From a virus (Duplodnaviria > Heunggongvirae > Uroviricota > Caudoviricetes): a stretch of 46,663 nt of DNA. Position numbers and translations under genes: made by a program. A model generated the notes under the pieces. The model saw nothing but the letters and a program-made list of their open reading frames with translations, did not search any database and was not told the DNA's origin. This document shows, piece by piece, positions 1 through 5,577 of the stretch. Positions within the stretch are counted from its first letter, which is position 1. Each line of letters opens with the position of its first letter. The stretch lies in the IMG/VR virus record IMGVR_UViG_3300012347_000217, positions 1 to 46,663 of that record; one strand, written 5' to 3'.

Positions 1-168
1 CGGTATCGTAGCAGTACCGCTGGTGCTACAGGACGAAGTGGGTTCGAACCCCACAGCCAGGTTCGTTAGTGTGTTTACATATGGTAAAGCGTTCAACCGG
101 TTGCAAACGGAGTCCTGGTGGACAAGTCATCGTAGGTGCTAAAGGGGTTCGATTCCCTGACGCGGATG

Positions 169-294
169 CCATATCAAAGTACGCTAGTATGCTATAGCGA
201 ATCGGGTCGCTCCTGTGGAAGTTATGGCGTATCACTGCCCTGGTTGGGCAAAGCCGGCGACTGCGGTTCAATTCCGTAGCGTACTTTGATATGG
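169..294 (+). ncRNA. tRNA-like RNA closed by a perfect 18-bp stem (CCATAT...ATATGG family)
   Basis: CCATATCAAAGTACGCTA (169-186) is the exact reverse complement of 277-294. T-arm TGCGG-TTCAATT-CCGTA abuts the 3' strand. No canonical anticodon arm. Confidence 0.7.
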
Positions 295-342
295 TAAACA
301 GGAGTAATTAACCTGTCCATATTCGGAAGTCATGACTCCGAA

Positions 343-444
343 GAACTCGTAGTGATGGAAATGGGTAGACATTCCTCCGTTATAGGAGGCGGGAGTTCCG
401 CAAGGCCCCCATGCAGGTTCGATCCCTGCCTACAATGAGTTCCA
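343..444 (+). pseudogene. Degenerate type II (Leu-like) tRNA or tRNA-like RNA
   Basis: Leu-type D loop GGAAATGGGTAGACA, arm CCTCC-GTTATA-GGAGG with a 6-nt loop, long variable arm, T-arm GCAGG-TTCGATC-CCTGC, bulged acceptor GAACTCGTAG/CTAC-AAT-GAGTTC, ends in CCA. Confidence 0.55.
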
Positions 445-560
445 TATAGAAGTATTCTTGGCATAAGTCAAAGCGGGAGAAGAGACCCTAGTGGATGCAT
501 ACGCAAAGGTTTCAGAGCTTGACTCCTCCTAGGCCTGCATTTGAGAGTGCTTCTATATGG
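442..560 (+). ncRNA. Structured RNA closed by a 17-bp stem (CCATAT...ATATGG family)
   Basis: CCATATAGAAGTATTCT (442-458) pairs with AGAGTGCTTCTATATGG (544-560) with 2 G.U pairs. Internal complementarities AGTCAA/TTGACT, CCTAG/CTAGG, ATGCA/TGCAT. Confidence 0.6.
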
Positions 561-633
561 TGCTATAGTTCAGTGGTAGAACACCTCCTTCATACGGAGA
601 CTGTCGGCGGTTCAAGTCCGTCTAGCACTACCA
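559..633 (+). tRNA. trnM: tRNA-Met or Ile2 (CAT)
   Basis: Cloverleaf GGTGCTA/TAGCACT, anticodon loop TTCATAC, T loop TTCAAGT, encoded CCA. Confidence 0.85.
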
Positions 634-797
634 AATATTTTACCGTCCCACTTTAACTCATCCTTGACAAATGGTTTGAGGTCCTTGGTGGGAAATGACA
701 GAGCAAAAGTTTGAACGCACGAATAACTTGCACTTTTAGGAAATGGTCCTTGTGCAACTGCGTATAGAGGAACAACTGCTTCGTCTTCGGTTATCAT
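612..797 (-). CDS. Possible 61-aa antisense protein (MITEDEAVVP...)
   Basis: Internal ATG of the 612..884 ORF. It fills the spacer between two tRNAs and is preceded on the minus strand by CATAAATA. Confidence 0.3.
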   Translation of the reverse strand: MITEDEAVVPLYAVAQGPFPKSASYSCVQTFALSFPTKDLKPFVKDELKWDGKIFGSARRT

Positions 798-808
798 GCA
801 GTATTTAT

Positions 809-883
809 GCCCTAGTAGCTCAGGGGTAGAGCGGCGTCTTGATAAGGCGTAGGTCCGTGGTTCGAAACCACGCTGGGGTACCA
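809..883 (+). tRNA. trnI: tRNA-Ile (GAT)
   Basis: GCCCTAG/CTGGGGT acceptor, loop TTGATAA, TTCGAAA, CCA. Confidence 0.92.
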
Positions 884-887
884 CTTA

Positions 888-895
888 CTAAATAG
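888..895 (+). promoter_or_regulatory. T4-type late-promoter-like ACTAAATA
   Basis: Variant of the T4 late consensus TATAAATA just before the ATG at 900. The same motif precedes the genes at 4843 and 25861. Confidence 0.45.
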
Positions 896-899
896 TTTT

Positions 900-1484
900 A
901 TGGATTCCACATTCGAATATTTTTTTCAAGCAGAGCCATCTAAATCAATGCCCATGTACGCATTGTACGATGTTATGGACAAGCATTTTATGCTGCAATC
1001 AACTGACTACACAGTGTTGCACAAATTAATGATTGCCATGCGCTCTAAGACAAATTTAGAAATGGCAGTGCTTCCTTATAAAGCCGACATGTCTAATGCA
1101 AACATTGAAAAATTCTATATTAAGAATCTACATCCTAAATGGATGGGCGATCTGGTAAACTTTTATAAACAGCCTGATCCCGAAAAGCATCTTGCTAAAT
1201 GGGCAATTGTAGACCCTGAGATGCAAATTGAGTTGACTCAAACACACTTTGATTCATACAAAACTGATTTACAGAAACAATTGTTCTTTTTTTACTATTG
1301 TTTGAGCTTTTTAAAGAAGCACCCATCCGACTTGGTAGAAAAACTAATCACTAACAGTATCTGGTATAGTAAGAACTATAGCGAGGTCGTTGATTGTCTA
1401 CTAAACTCAGTAGCGATACACTCGCAGCAGGATAGGGCAATGTTCCACAAGTTCCTTACACAGACTGGACTATTTTATGAATAA
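900..1484 (+). CDS. Hypothetical protein, coupled to the downstream AsnB-like gene
   Basis: 194-aa ORF; ATGA overlap region with 1477. Confidence 0.75.
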   Translation: MDSTFEYFFQAEPSKSMPMYALYDVMDKHFMLQSTDYTVLHKLMIAMRSKTNLEMAVLPYKADMSNANIEKFYIKNLHPKWMGDLVNFYKQPDPEKHLAKWAIVDPEMQIELTQTHFDSYKTDLQKQLFFFYYCLSFLKKHPSDLVEKLITNSIWYSKNYSEVVDCLLNSVAIHSQQDRAMFHKFLTQTGLFYE

Positions 1485-2679
1485 AATGTTGTTCGTTGAT
1501 CATGTGTTATTAGGAGTAGCTGATACTCAGCTTTATCGTAACGAAATTTACAAAGACTACATGTCCTTGTATCGAAGATTTCCTCCCCCTCCTGGAACCG
1601 AGTTTATGGTCCCGAGGAATATGCCATTGGGGATCAAGAATCCCTGGGGAATAACCGAAAGCAATTTTAAACTTCCTGAATATCGTCAAGTGTCATTTAA
1701 TGATGCAGCTGATTCATTTGGGCAGTCTATTGTTGCGGAAATTGATCAGGGCAAGCAGGTATATATCTGCTGGTCTGGTGGAATTGATAGTACTTGTGCC
1801 GCAGTAAGTGTGCTTAAATTCTTACAGGACAGGCACACAGATCAAGTTACAATAGTAATGTCTGATCGCAGTATACAGGAAAATCCTCAGTTCTATGCAC
1901 AGCATCTGCAGAAATTTAACAGACTAGAATTTAGTCCTTATATGTTTGCAGACATAGATATCAAGAACGCACTGGTGCTTGATGGCGAAGGTGGCGACCA
2001 AATGTTTGGTTCGAGCCTGGCTAATTTTGTGTTCTCGGCGCACCCGGATAAAATCCATGTTCCGTGGCGAACTCAGGTAAATTTTATTACCAAGTTGCTA
2101 CGCAAGCCCTGGGACACTACACAGACATGGAATACATTTTATAACATGGTAGTGGACAGCATTGATTCGTCTGCTCCAGTTGAGACCCTGCAAGACTTTT
2201 TCTGGTGGTTGAACTTTAATTTCAAATTTGATGCAGTAATGACTAGAACGTTACTGTATTACGGAGAAGCAGTACCTGACTGTGATTTTGGGCATTTTGC
2301 TCAGCACTCAAGTCGGCGACTATTTGCAGATAAATTGATGCAGCAGTGGGCTATGTCGGCAGACTCTAACGAAAAGACTCAAGGCGGCAAAAATATCAAA
2401 TTGCCAGCAAAAAAGTATATCTACGAGTTTGATAAAAATGAATACTACTACCGGGAAAAACGCAAAGAGTTAAGTACTCCGATGTTTAATCGCAAATACT
2501 TTGGACTTGACGCAGACTACCAGAGATATAGTCTTGACGACAGGGCTACTCGGCAGAAACTGCGAGAATTATTTTATCCCAATGCAACAGGAAAAATTCC
2601 CTTTGTTGAGGATATAAGTATTCCACACACTGAGCTTATTGCAAATTTTTGGAAAGCGGTCCCGAACACAAAGATGTAA
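1477..2679 (+). CDS. Asparagine-synthase-like PP-loop (adenine nucleotide alpha hydrolase) protein without a glutaminase domain
   Basis: CWSGGIDST PP-loop and LDGEGGDQMFG (compare AsnB SGEGADELFG). Confidence 0.75.
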   Translation: MNKMLFVDHVLLGVADTQLYRNEIYKDYMSLYRRFPPPPGTEFMVPRNMPLGIKNPWGITESNFKLPEYRQVSFNDAADSFGQSIVAEIDQGKQVYICWSGGIDSTCAAVSVLKFLQDRHTDQVTIVMSDRSIQENPQFYAQHLQKFNRLEFSPYMFADIDIKNALVLDGEGGDQMFGSSLANFVFSAHPDKIHVPWRTQVNFITKLLRKPWDTTQTWNTFYNMVVDSIDSSAPVETLQDFFWWLNFNFKFDAVMTRTLLYYGEAVPDCDFGHFAQHSSRRLFADKLMQQWAMSADSNEKTQGGKNIKLPAKKYIYEFDKNEYYYREKRKELSTPMFNRKYFGLDADYQRYSLDDRATRQKLRELFYPNATGKIPFVEDISIPHTELIANFWKAVPNTKM

Positions 2680-2682
2680 TAG

Positions 2683-3216
2683 TTAACCAATTACATCTTT
2701 AAATAGTTCGACTGTTTTGGCCATTGTTATTCTCTTGCCGGATTCTTGCATTAATACAATACTCAAACACCACCGCGGGGTTAGAGGGTTTATGATGTTA
2801 TGAGGTACGCCAACTTGAACTATACTTGGAAACTTAACAGATTGCCGGTGAACTTCGGTAACTTCGGAGTGGTTAAATCCAACATAGCGTGTGCCAATTG
2901 TTGAAGCCGCTGCGGTTTTTACAACACCGGGATTGGCAGAGTACCAACACATGCAGCTTTGGTCGCCGCCCCATATAAAGTTAAGTTTGGTATAGTTGCC
3001 CCCGGCATTGTCAATGTGGATGGGAATTACGCCGCCTGGGCTGGTGTAAAAAAGCTCAGCCAGACCAATTTTTACACCATGCTGCATAAGGAATTGAACT
3101 AACTCAGGATGTAGGTCGCCTAGCGGAATGCGTTGGTGCCATATAGTTTTGTAGGTATTAACATCCTTTATCAGTGGTGTTAACTTTACGTTTAAATCTA
3201 CACAATAATCATTCAT
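2683..3216 (-). CDS. Cupin/Fe(II)-oxygenase-like hypothetical protein
   Basis: IPIHID...VGVPHNI HxD...H pattern in a beta-rich 177-aa ORF. Confidence 0.6.
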   Translation of the reverse strand: MNDYCVDLNVKLTPLIKDVNTYKTIWHQRIPLGDLHPELVQFLMQHGVKIGLAELFYTSPGGVIPIHIDNAGGNYTKLNFIWGGDQSCMCWYSANPGVVKTAAASTIGTRYVGFNHSEVTEVHRQSVKFPSIVQVGVPHNIINPLTPRWCLSIVLMQESGKRITMAKTVELFKDVIG

Positions 3217-3223
3217 AAAGTAG

Positions 3224-3252
3224 TTGACACATAAAGAAATATGCCATACAAT
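3224..3252 (+). promoter_or_regulatory. sigma70 promoter P1 of the tRNA array
   Basis: TTGACA(3224)-17 nt-TACAAT(3247). Confidence 0.85.
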
Positions 3253-3292
3253 AGATACTTAGTTAGAAATTAACTAGGAGCTATAAAAGCAG

Positions 3293-3321
3293 TTGACACA
3301 TAAAGAAATCATTGCTATAAT
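3293..3321 (+). promoter_or_regulatory. sigma70 promoter P2 of the tRNA array
   Basis: TTGACA(3293)-17 nt-TATAAT(3316), perfect consensus. Shares AGTTGACACATAAAGAAAT with P1. Confidence 0.9.
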
Positions 3322-3347
3322 AGCTACATGTTAAGAAATTAACAAAC

Positions 3348-3358
3348 GTTCTTTAAAA
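3348..3358 (+). promoter_or_regulatory. rrn-type boxA antitermination-like element
   Basis: GTTCTTTAAAA after promoter P2 and a small hairpin (TGTTAAGAAATTAACA). Confidence 0.6.
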
Positions 3359-3394
3359 ATTTGTTTTGAATCAAAATAAATTTCTAAATAACTG

Positions 3395-3423
3395 TTGACA
3401 GCAAATGAAATGTTTGCTACAAT
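3395..3423 (+). promoter_or_regulatory. sigma70 promoter P3 of the tRNA array
   Basis: TTGACA(3395)-17 nt-TACAAT(3418) with an AT-rich upstream tract. Confidence 0.85.
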
Positions 3424-3457
3424 AGAAGCTTAGTTAGACATTGTGCTAACTGACAAA

Positions 3458-3468
3458 GTTCTTTAAAA
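3458..3468 (+). promoter_or_regulatory. rrn-type boxA antitermination-like element
   Basis: Second GTTCTTTAAAA, after P3 and hairpin TTAGTTAG...CTAACTGA. Confidence 0.6.
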
Positions 3469-3505
3469 CTGATAACGTATAAGAAGTTCTTATACACATA
3501 CACAC

Positions 3506-3594
3506 AAATGCTTAGGCCAGGCAGATGTAGCGGATTACAGCCCGATAGCTTTCGGGTAGGCAGGTTCAATTCCTGTGAGTGCGTTTAGATATGG
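3506..3594 (+). ncRNA. tRNA-like leader RNA (T-arm, ends in ATATGG)
   Basis: T-arm GCAGG-TTCAATT-CCTGT, hairpin CCCGA/TCGGG, acceptor-like AAATGC/GCGTTT. Confidence 0.45.
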
Positions 3595-3601
3595 TTATTA
3601 T

Positions 3602-3678
3602 GGGTTTGTAGTTTAGCGGCTAAAACATCACGCTTTTAACGTGTAAGACCGTGAGTTCGAATCTCACCAGACCCACCA
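3602..3678 (+). tRNA. trnK: tRNA-Lys (TTT)
   Basis: GGGTTTG/CAGACCC, loop CTTTTAA, TTCGAAT, CCA. Confidence 0.92.
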
Positions 3679-3684
3679 AGTTTT

Positions 3685-3742
3685 AGAATCCATTCAGCAA
3701 TAAAAAAATACTTCGTCTATAGTAAAAAAGCGGATTCTGTTG
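3685..3742 (+). ncRNA. CAGCAA-scaffold RNA copy 1
   Basis: AGAATCC/GGATTCT stem, ATTCAGCAA, A-rich linkers around a small hairpin, tail GTTG. Confidence 0.7.
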
Positions 3743-3749
3743 TTATTAT

Positions 3750-3826
3750 GCCCCCTTACTCCAATTGGTAGAGAGAGCGGTCTTAGAAGCCGTAAAGTCT
3801 CAGTTCGAATCTGAGAGAGGGCACCA
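3750..3826 (+). tRNA. trnL: tRNA-Leu (TAG), short variable loop
   Basis: GCGGT-CTTAGAA-GCCGT, 5-nt variable region, TTCGAAT, A73, CCA. Confidence 0.85.
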
Positions 3827-3875
3827 AATCTCGCCTTGATTGATGGCGTACAATGAGATAAATTATCAATCGACT

Positions 3876-3950
3876 GGTCTTAAAGTGTTCATGGACGCAC
3901 GTAGCACTGTCACTGCTAAAGAAGGGGATCGTTACCCCTTAAGACCGCCA
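3876..3950 (+). tRNA. trnD: tRNA-Asp (GTC)
   Basis: GGTCTTA/TAAGACC, loop CTGTCAC, G73, atypical T loop ATCGTTA. Confidence 0.85.
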
Positions 3951-3957
3951 AGATTTT

Positions 3958-4031
3958 ATCCGGTTAGCTCAAAGGTAGAGCACTGGCTTGATAAGCCATA
4001 GACAGAGGATCGTTACCTCTACCGGATACCA
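3958..4031 (+). tRNA. trnI: tRNA-Ile (GAT), second copy
   Basis: ATCCGGT/ACCGGAT, loop TTGATAA, T loop ATCGTTA, CCA. Confidence 0.85.
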
Positions 4032-4035
4032 GTTT

Positions 4036-4136
4036 AGAATAGGTTCAGCAAAAATTTACACATGCGAATGGTTCGCAATTTTCATTCAAAGAAAACTTTG
4101 TGGGTTCAATTCCCACTGTAAAAAAACTATTCTGCT
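4036..4136 (+). ncRNA. CAGCAA-scaffold RNA copy 2, enclosing a full cloverleaf with anticodon TCA
   Basis: AGAATAG/CTATTCT stem. Inside: TTTACA/TGTAAA, TGCG-AATGGTT-CGCA, TTTTC-ATTCAAA-GAAAA, GTGGG-TTCAATT-CCCAC. No CCA. Confidence 0.75.
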
Positions 4137-4143
4137 ATATAAT

Positions 4144-4229
4144 GGAGATGCCGCCGTAATGGTATGGCAAGGGACTGTAAATCCCCCGCTCTTCGGAGCT
4201 AATAGGTTCGATCCCTATCATCTCCACCA
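4144..4229 (+). tRNA. trnY: tRNA-Tyr (GTA)
   Basis: GGAGATG/CATCTCC, loop CTGTAAA, long variable arm, CCA. Confidence 0.92.
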
Positions 4230-4233
4230 ATTT

Positions 4234-4308
4234 GGGCTGTTAGTGATAATGGTAGCACAGGGCGTTTGCAACGCTTTAGCAGGAGTTCGATTCTCCTACG
4301 GTCCACCA
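4234..4308 (+). tRNA. trnA: tRNA-Ala (TGC)
   Basis: G3.U70 pair, loop TTTGCAA, CCA. Confidence 0.92.
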
Positions 4309-4315
4309 AGTTTTT

Positions 4316-4389
4316 GCCCCATTAGTTAAATGGTAGAACATCGGTTTTGTAATCCGAGGATAGCAGTTCGATTCTGTTATGGGGCACCA
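4316..4389 (+). tRNA. trnT: tRNA-Thr (TGT)
   Basis: GCCCCAT/ATGGGGC, loop TTTGTAA, CCA. Confidence 0.92.
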
Positions 4390-4491
4390 AGTTTAGTAGA
4401 ATGTATGGGTTGACCACAACGCCACGTGCCAAGGTAAGACATTCGAAGTGTAAGTAGCAGGTTTGGTCATGCTTACACACTAATTAGTTAT

Positions 4492-4565
4492 GCGGGATTA
4501 GTTTAATGGTAAAACTACAGATTTCCAATCTGTTGTTGAGAGTTCGATTCTCTCATCCCGCTCCA
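4492..4565 (+). tRNA. trnG: tRNA-Gly (TCC)
   Basis: GCGGGAT/ATCCCGC, loop TTTCCAA, U73, CCA. Confidence 0.92.
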
Positions 4566-4570
4566 GTTAT

Positions 4571-4637
4571 GCGTTGAAGTATGAACTGCACGAAGTACCC
4601 CTTCGTGATGCCTGTAGAAATCAGGCTCGACGCTCCA
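4571..4637 (+). ncRNA. D-armless tRNA-like RNA with a Gly-type acceptor end
   Basis: GCGTTGA/TCGACGC-T-CCA, 11-nt D replacement loop, CACGAAG/CTTCGTG arm, GCCTG-TAGAAAT-CAGGC. Confidence 0.65.
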
Positions 4638-4642
4638 GTTAT

Positions 4643-4716
4643 CTCGGATTAGTTTAGTGGTAAAACTCGTGGTTTGGGACCATGGGTCGGAAGTTCGATT
4701 CTTCCATCCGAGACCA
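4643..4716 (+). tRNA. trnP: tRNA-Pro (TGG)
   Basis: CTCGGAT/ATCCGAG, loop TTTGGGA, CCA. Confidence 0.92.
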
Positions 4717-4721
4717 GTTTT

Positions 4722-4787
4722 AGAATCCATTCAGCAAAACAAAACATTTCAAAACTTTTATCTTTGAAAAGAAAAACGGATTCTGCT
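4722..4787 (+). ncRNA. CAGCAA-scaffold RNA copy 3 with a Lys(TTT)-like anticodon loop
   Basis: AGAATCC/GGATTCT; inner TTTCAAA-a-CTTTTAT-c-TTTGAAA; tail GCT. Confidence 0.7.
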
Positions 4788-4842
4788 ATTTTGAATATTC
4801 ATTTTTACTAAATAAAAGTATAACAACTTCAGTTAATCGAAA

Positions 4843-5178
4843 ATGAATAAATGCAATTATCACCTATGTAACAATGAGACTAAAACAAAGTTCTGTTGTG
4901 TTAAGTGTAAAAATAAATTTCACGTTATCAAACGTAGAAATGTCTTAAAAGAAGAAGCCATCAAATATAAAGGTGGTAAATGCGAAGTCTGTGGATATGA
5001 TAAATGTGGTTCTGCTTTAGAATTTCATCATAAAGATCCTACAGAAAAAGATTTCGGTATCTCACAGGACGGTAATACTAGACCTTGGGAAACAGTGAAA
5101 TCTGAATTAGATAAATGTATCATGTTGTGTGCAAATTGTCATAGAGAAGAACATGAGAGATTGAGAAATATTCCCTAA
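4843..5178 (+). CDS. HNH endonuclease (zinc-binding)
   Basis: CEVCGY...LEFHH...LCANCHREEH; the stop codon overlaps the 5' end of tRNA-Asn. Confidence 0.85.
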   Translation: MNKCNYHLCNNETKTKFCCVKCKNKFHVIKRRNVLKEEAIKYKGGKCEVCGYDKCGSALEFHHKDPTEKDFGISQDGNTRPWETVKSELDKCIMLCANCHREEHERLRNIP

Positions 5179-5246
5179 TAGCTCAGTGGTAGAGCAAAGC
5201 ACTGTTAATGCTTGGGTCGGAGGTTCGAGCCCTCCTTGGGGAGCCA
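5172..5246 (+). tRNA. trnN: tRNA-Asn (GTT)
   Basis: TCCCTAA/TTGGGGA, loop CTGTTAA, G73, CCA. Confidence 0.92.
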
Positions 5247-5251
5247 ATTAT

Positions 5252-5329
5252 TGTGGTAGAGCAAGCATGGTGTAGGCGCTTCGCTGTTAACGAAGAATGA
5301 GCTAGGTTCGATCCCTAGTACCACAGCCA
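5252..5329 (+). tRNA. trnN: tRNA-Asn (GTT), divergent second copy
   Basis: TGTGGTA/TACCACA, loop CTGTTAA, G73, CCA. Confidence 0.88.
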
Positions 5330-5333
5330 GTTA

Positions 5334-5394
5334 AGAATCGGTTCAGCAAACATATAGCTAACTTTGGATGTCTAGCGACAAAAACGATTCTGTT
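5334..5394 (+). ncRNA. CAGCAA-scaffold RNA copy 4
   Basis: AGAATCG/CGATTCT; inner imperfect hairpin around CTTTGGA (Gln TTG-like loop); tail GTT. Confidence 0.68.
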
Positions 5395-5401
5395 ATATAA
5401 T

Positions 5402-5477
5402 GGTTCAGTAGCATAGCGACTAATGCAACACCTTCATACGGTGTCTATCGTGAGTTTGAGTCTCACCTGAACTACCA
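5402..5477 (+). tRNA. trnM: tRNA-Met or Ile2 (CAT)
   Basis: GGTTCAG/CTGAACT, loop TTCATAC, T loop TTTGAGT, CCA. Confidence 0.82.
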
Positions 5478-5483
5478 ATTAAT

Positions 5484-5560
5484 CCGTCTGTAGCACAACT
5501 GAATAATGTCCTGGTCTACGAAGCCATGGGGTGGGGGTTTGAATCCCTCCGGACGGACCA
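5484..5560 (+). tRNA. trnR: tRNA-Arg (ACG)
   Basis: CCGTCTG/CGGACGG, loop CTACGAA, T loop TTTGAAT, CCA. Confidence 0.85.
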
Positions 5561-5577
5561 ACTAATAATCACTTACT

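Noticed and set aside
1-84. Complete element at the window start
   Set aside because: A T-arm and an ATATGG end are visible, but the 5' partner strand lies outside the window.
89-171. tRNA gene at 89-171
   Set aside because: A T loop, a 5-bp GCGTT/GACGC helix and a terminal CCA are present, but I could not build a consistent cloverleaf.
26-271. Minus-strand 81-aa ORF
   Set aside because: It is antisense to tRNA-like structured RNA, has no ribosome-binding site and has a non-protein-like composition.
4055-4122. Selenocysteine tRNA or genome-wide UGA recoding
   Set aside because: No long extra arm or extended acceptor and no CCA. Core genes are intact in the standard code and several end in TGA.
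3988-4730. ORFs 3988..4329 (+) and 4515..4730 (-)
   Set aside because: They run through canonical tRNA genes and are chance open frames.
3679-5394. HDV-like theta ribozymes downstream of tRNAs
   Set aside because: The position fits, but the helix order does not give the nested P1-P2-P3-P1.1 double pseudoknot, and I found no catalytic-C J4/2 segment. A descriptor search would be the definitive test.
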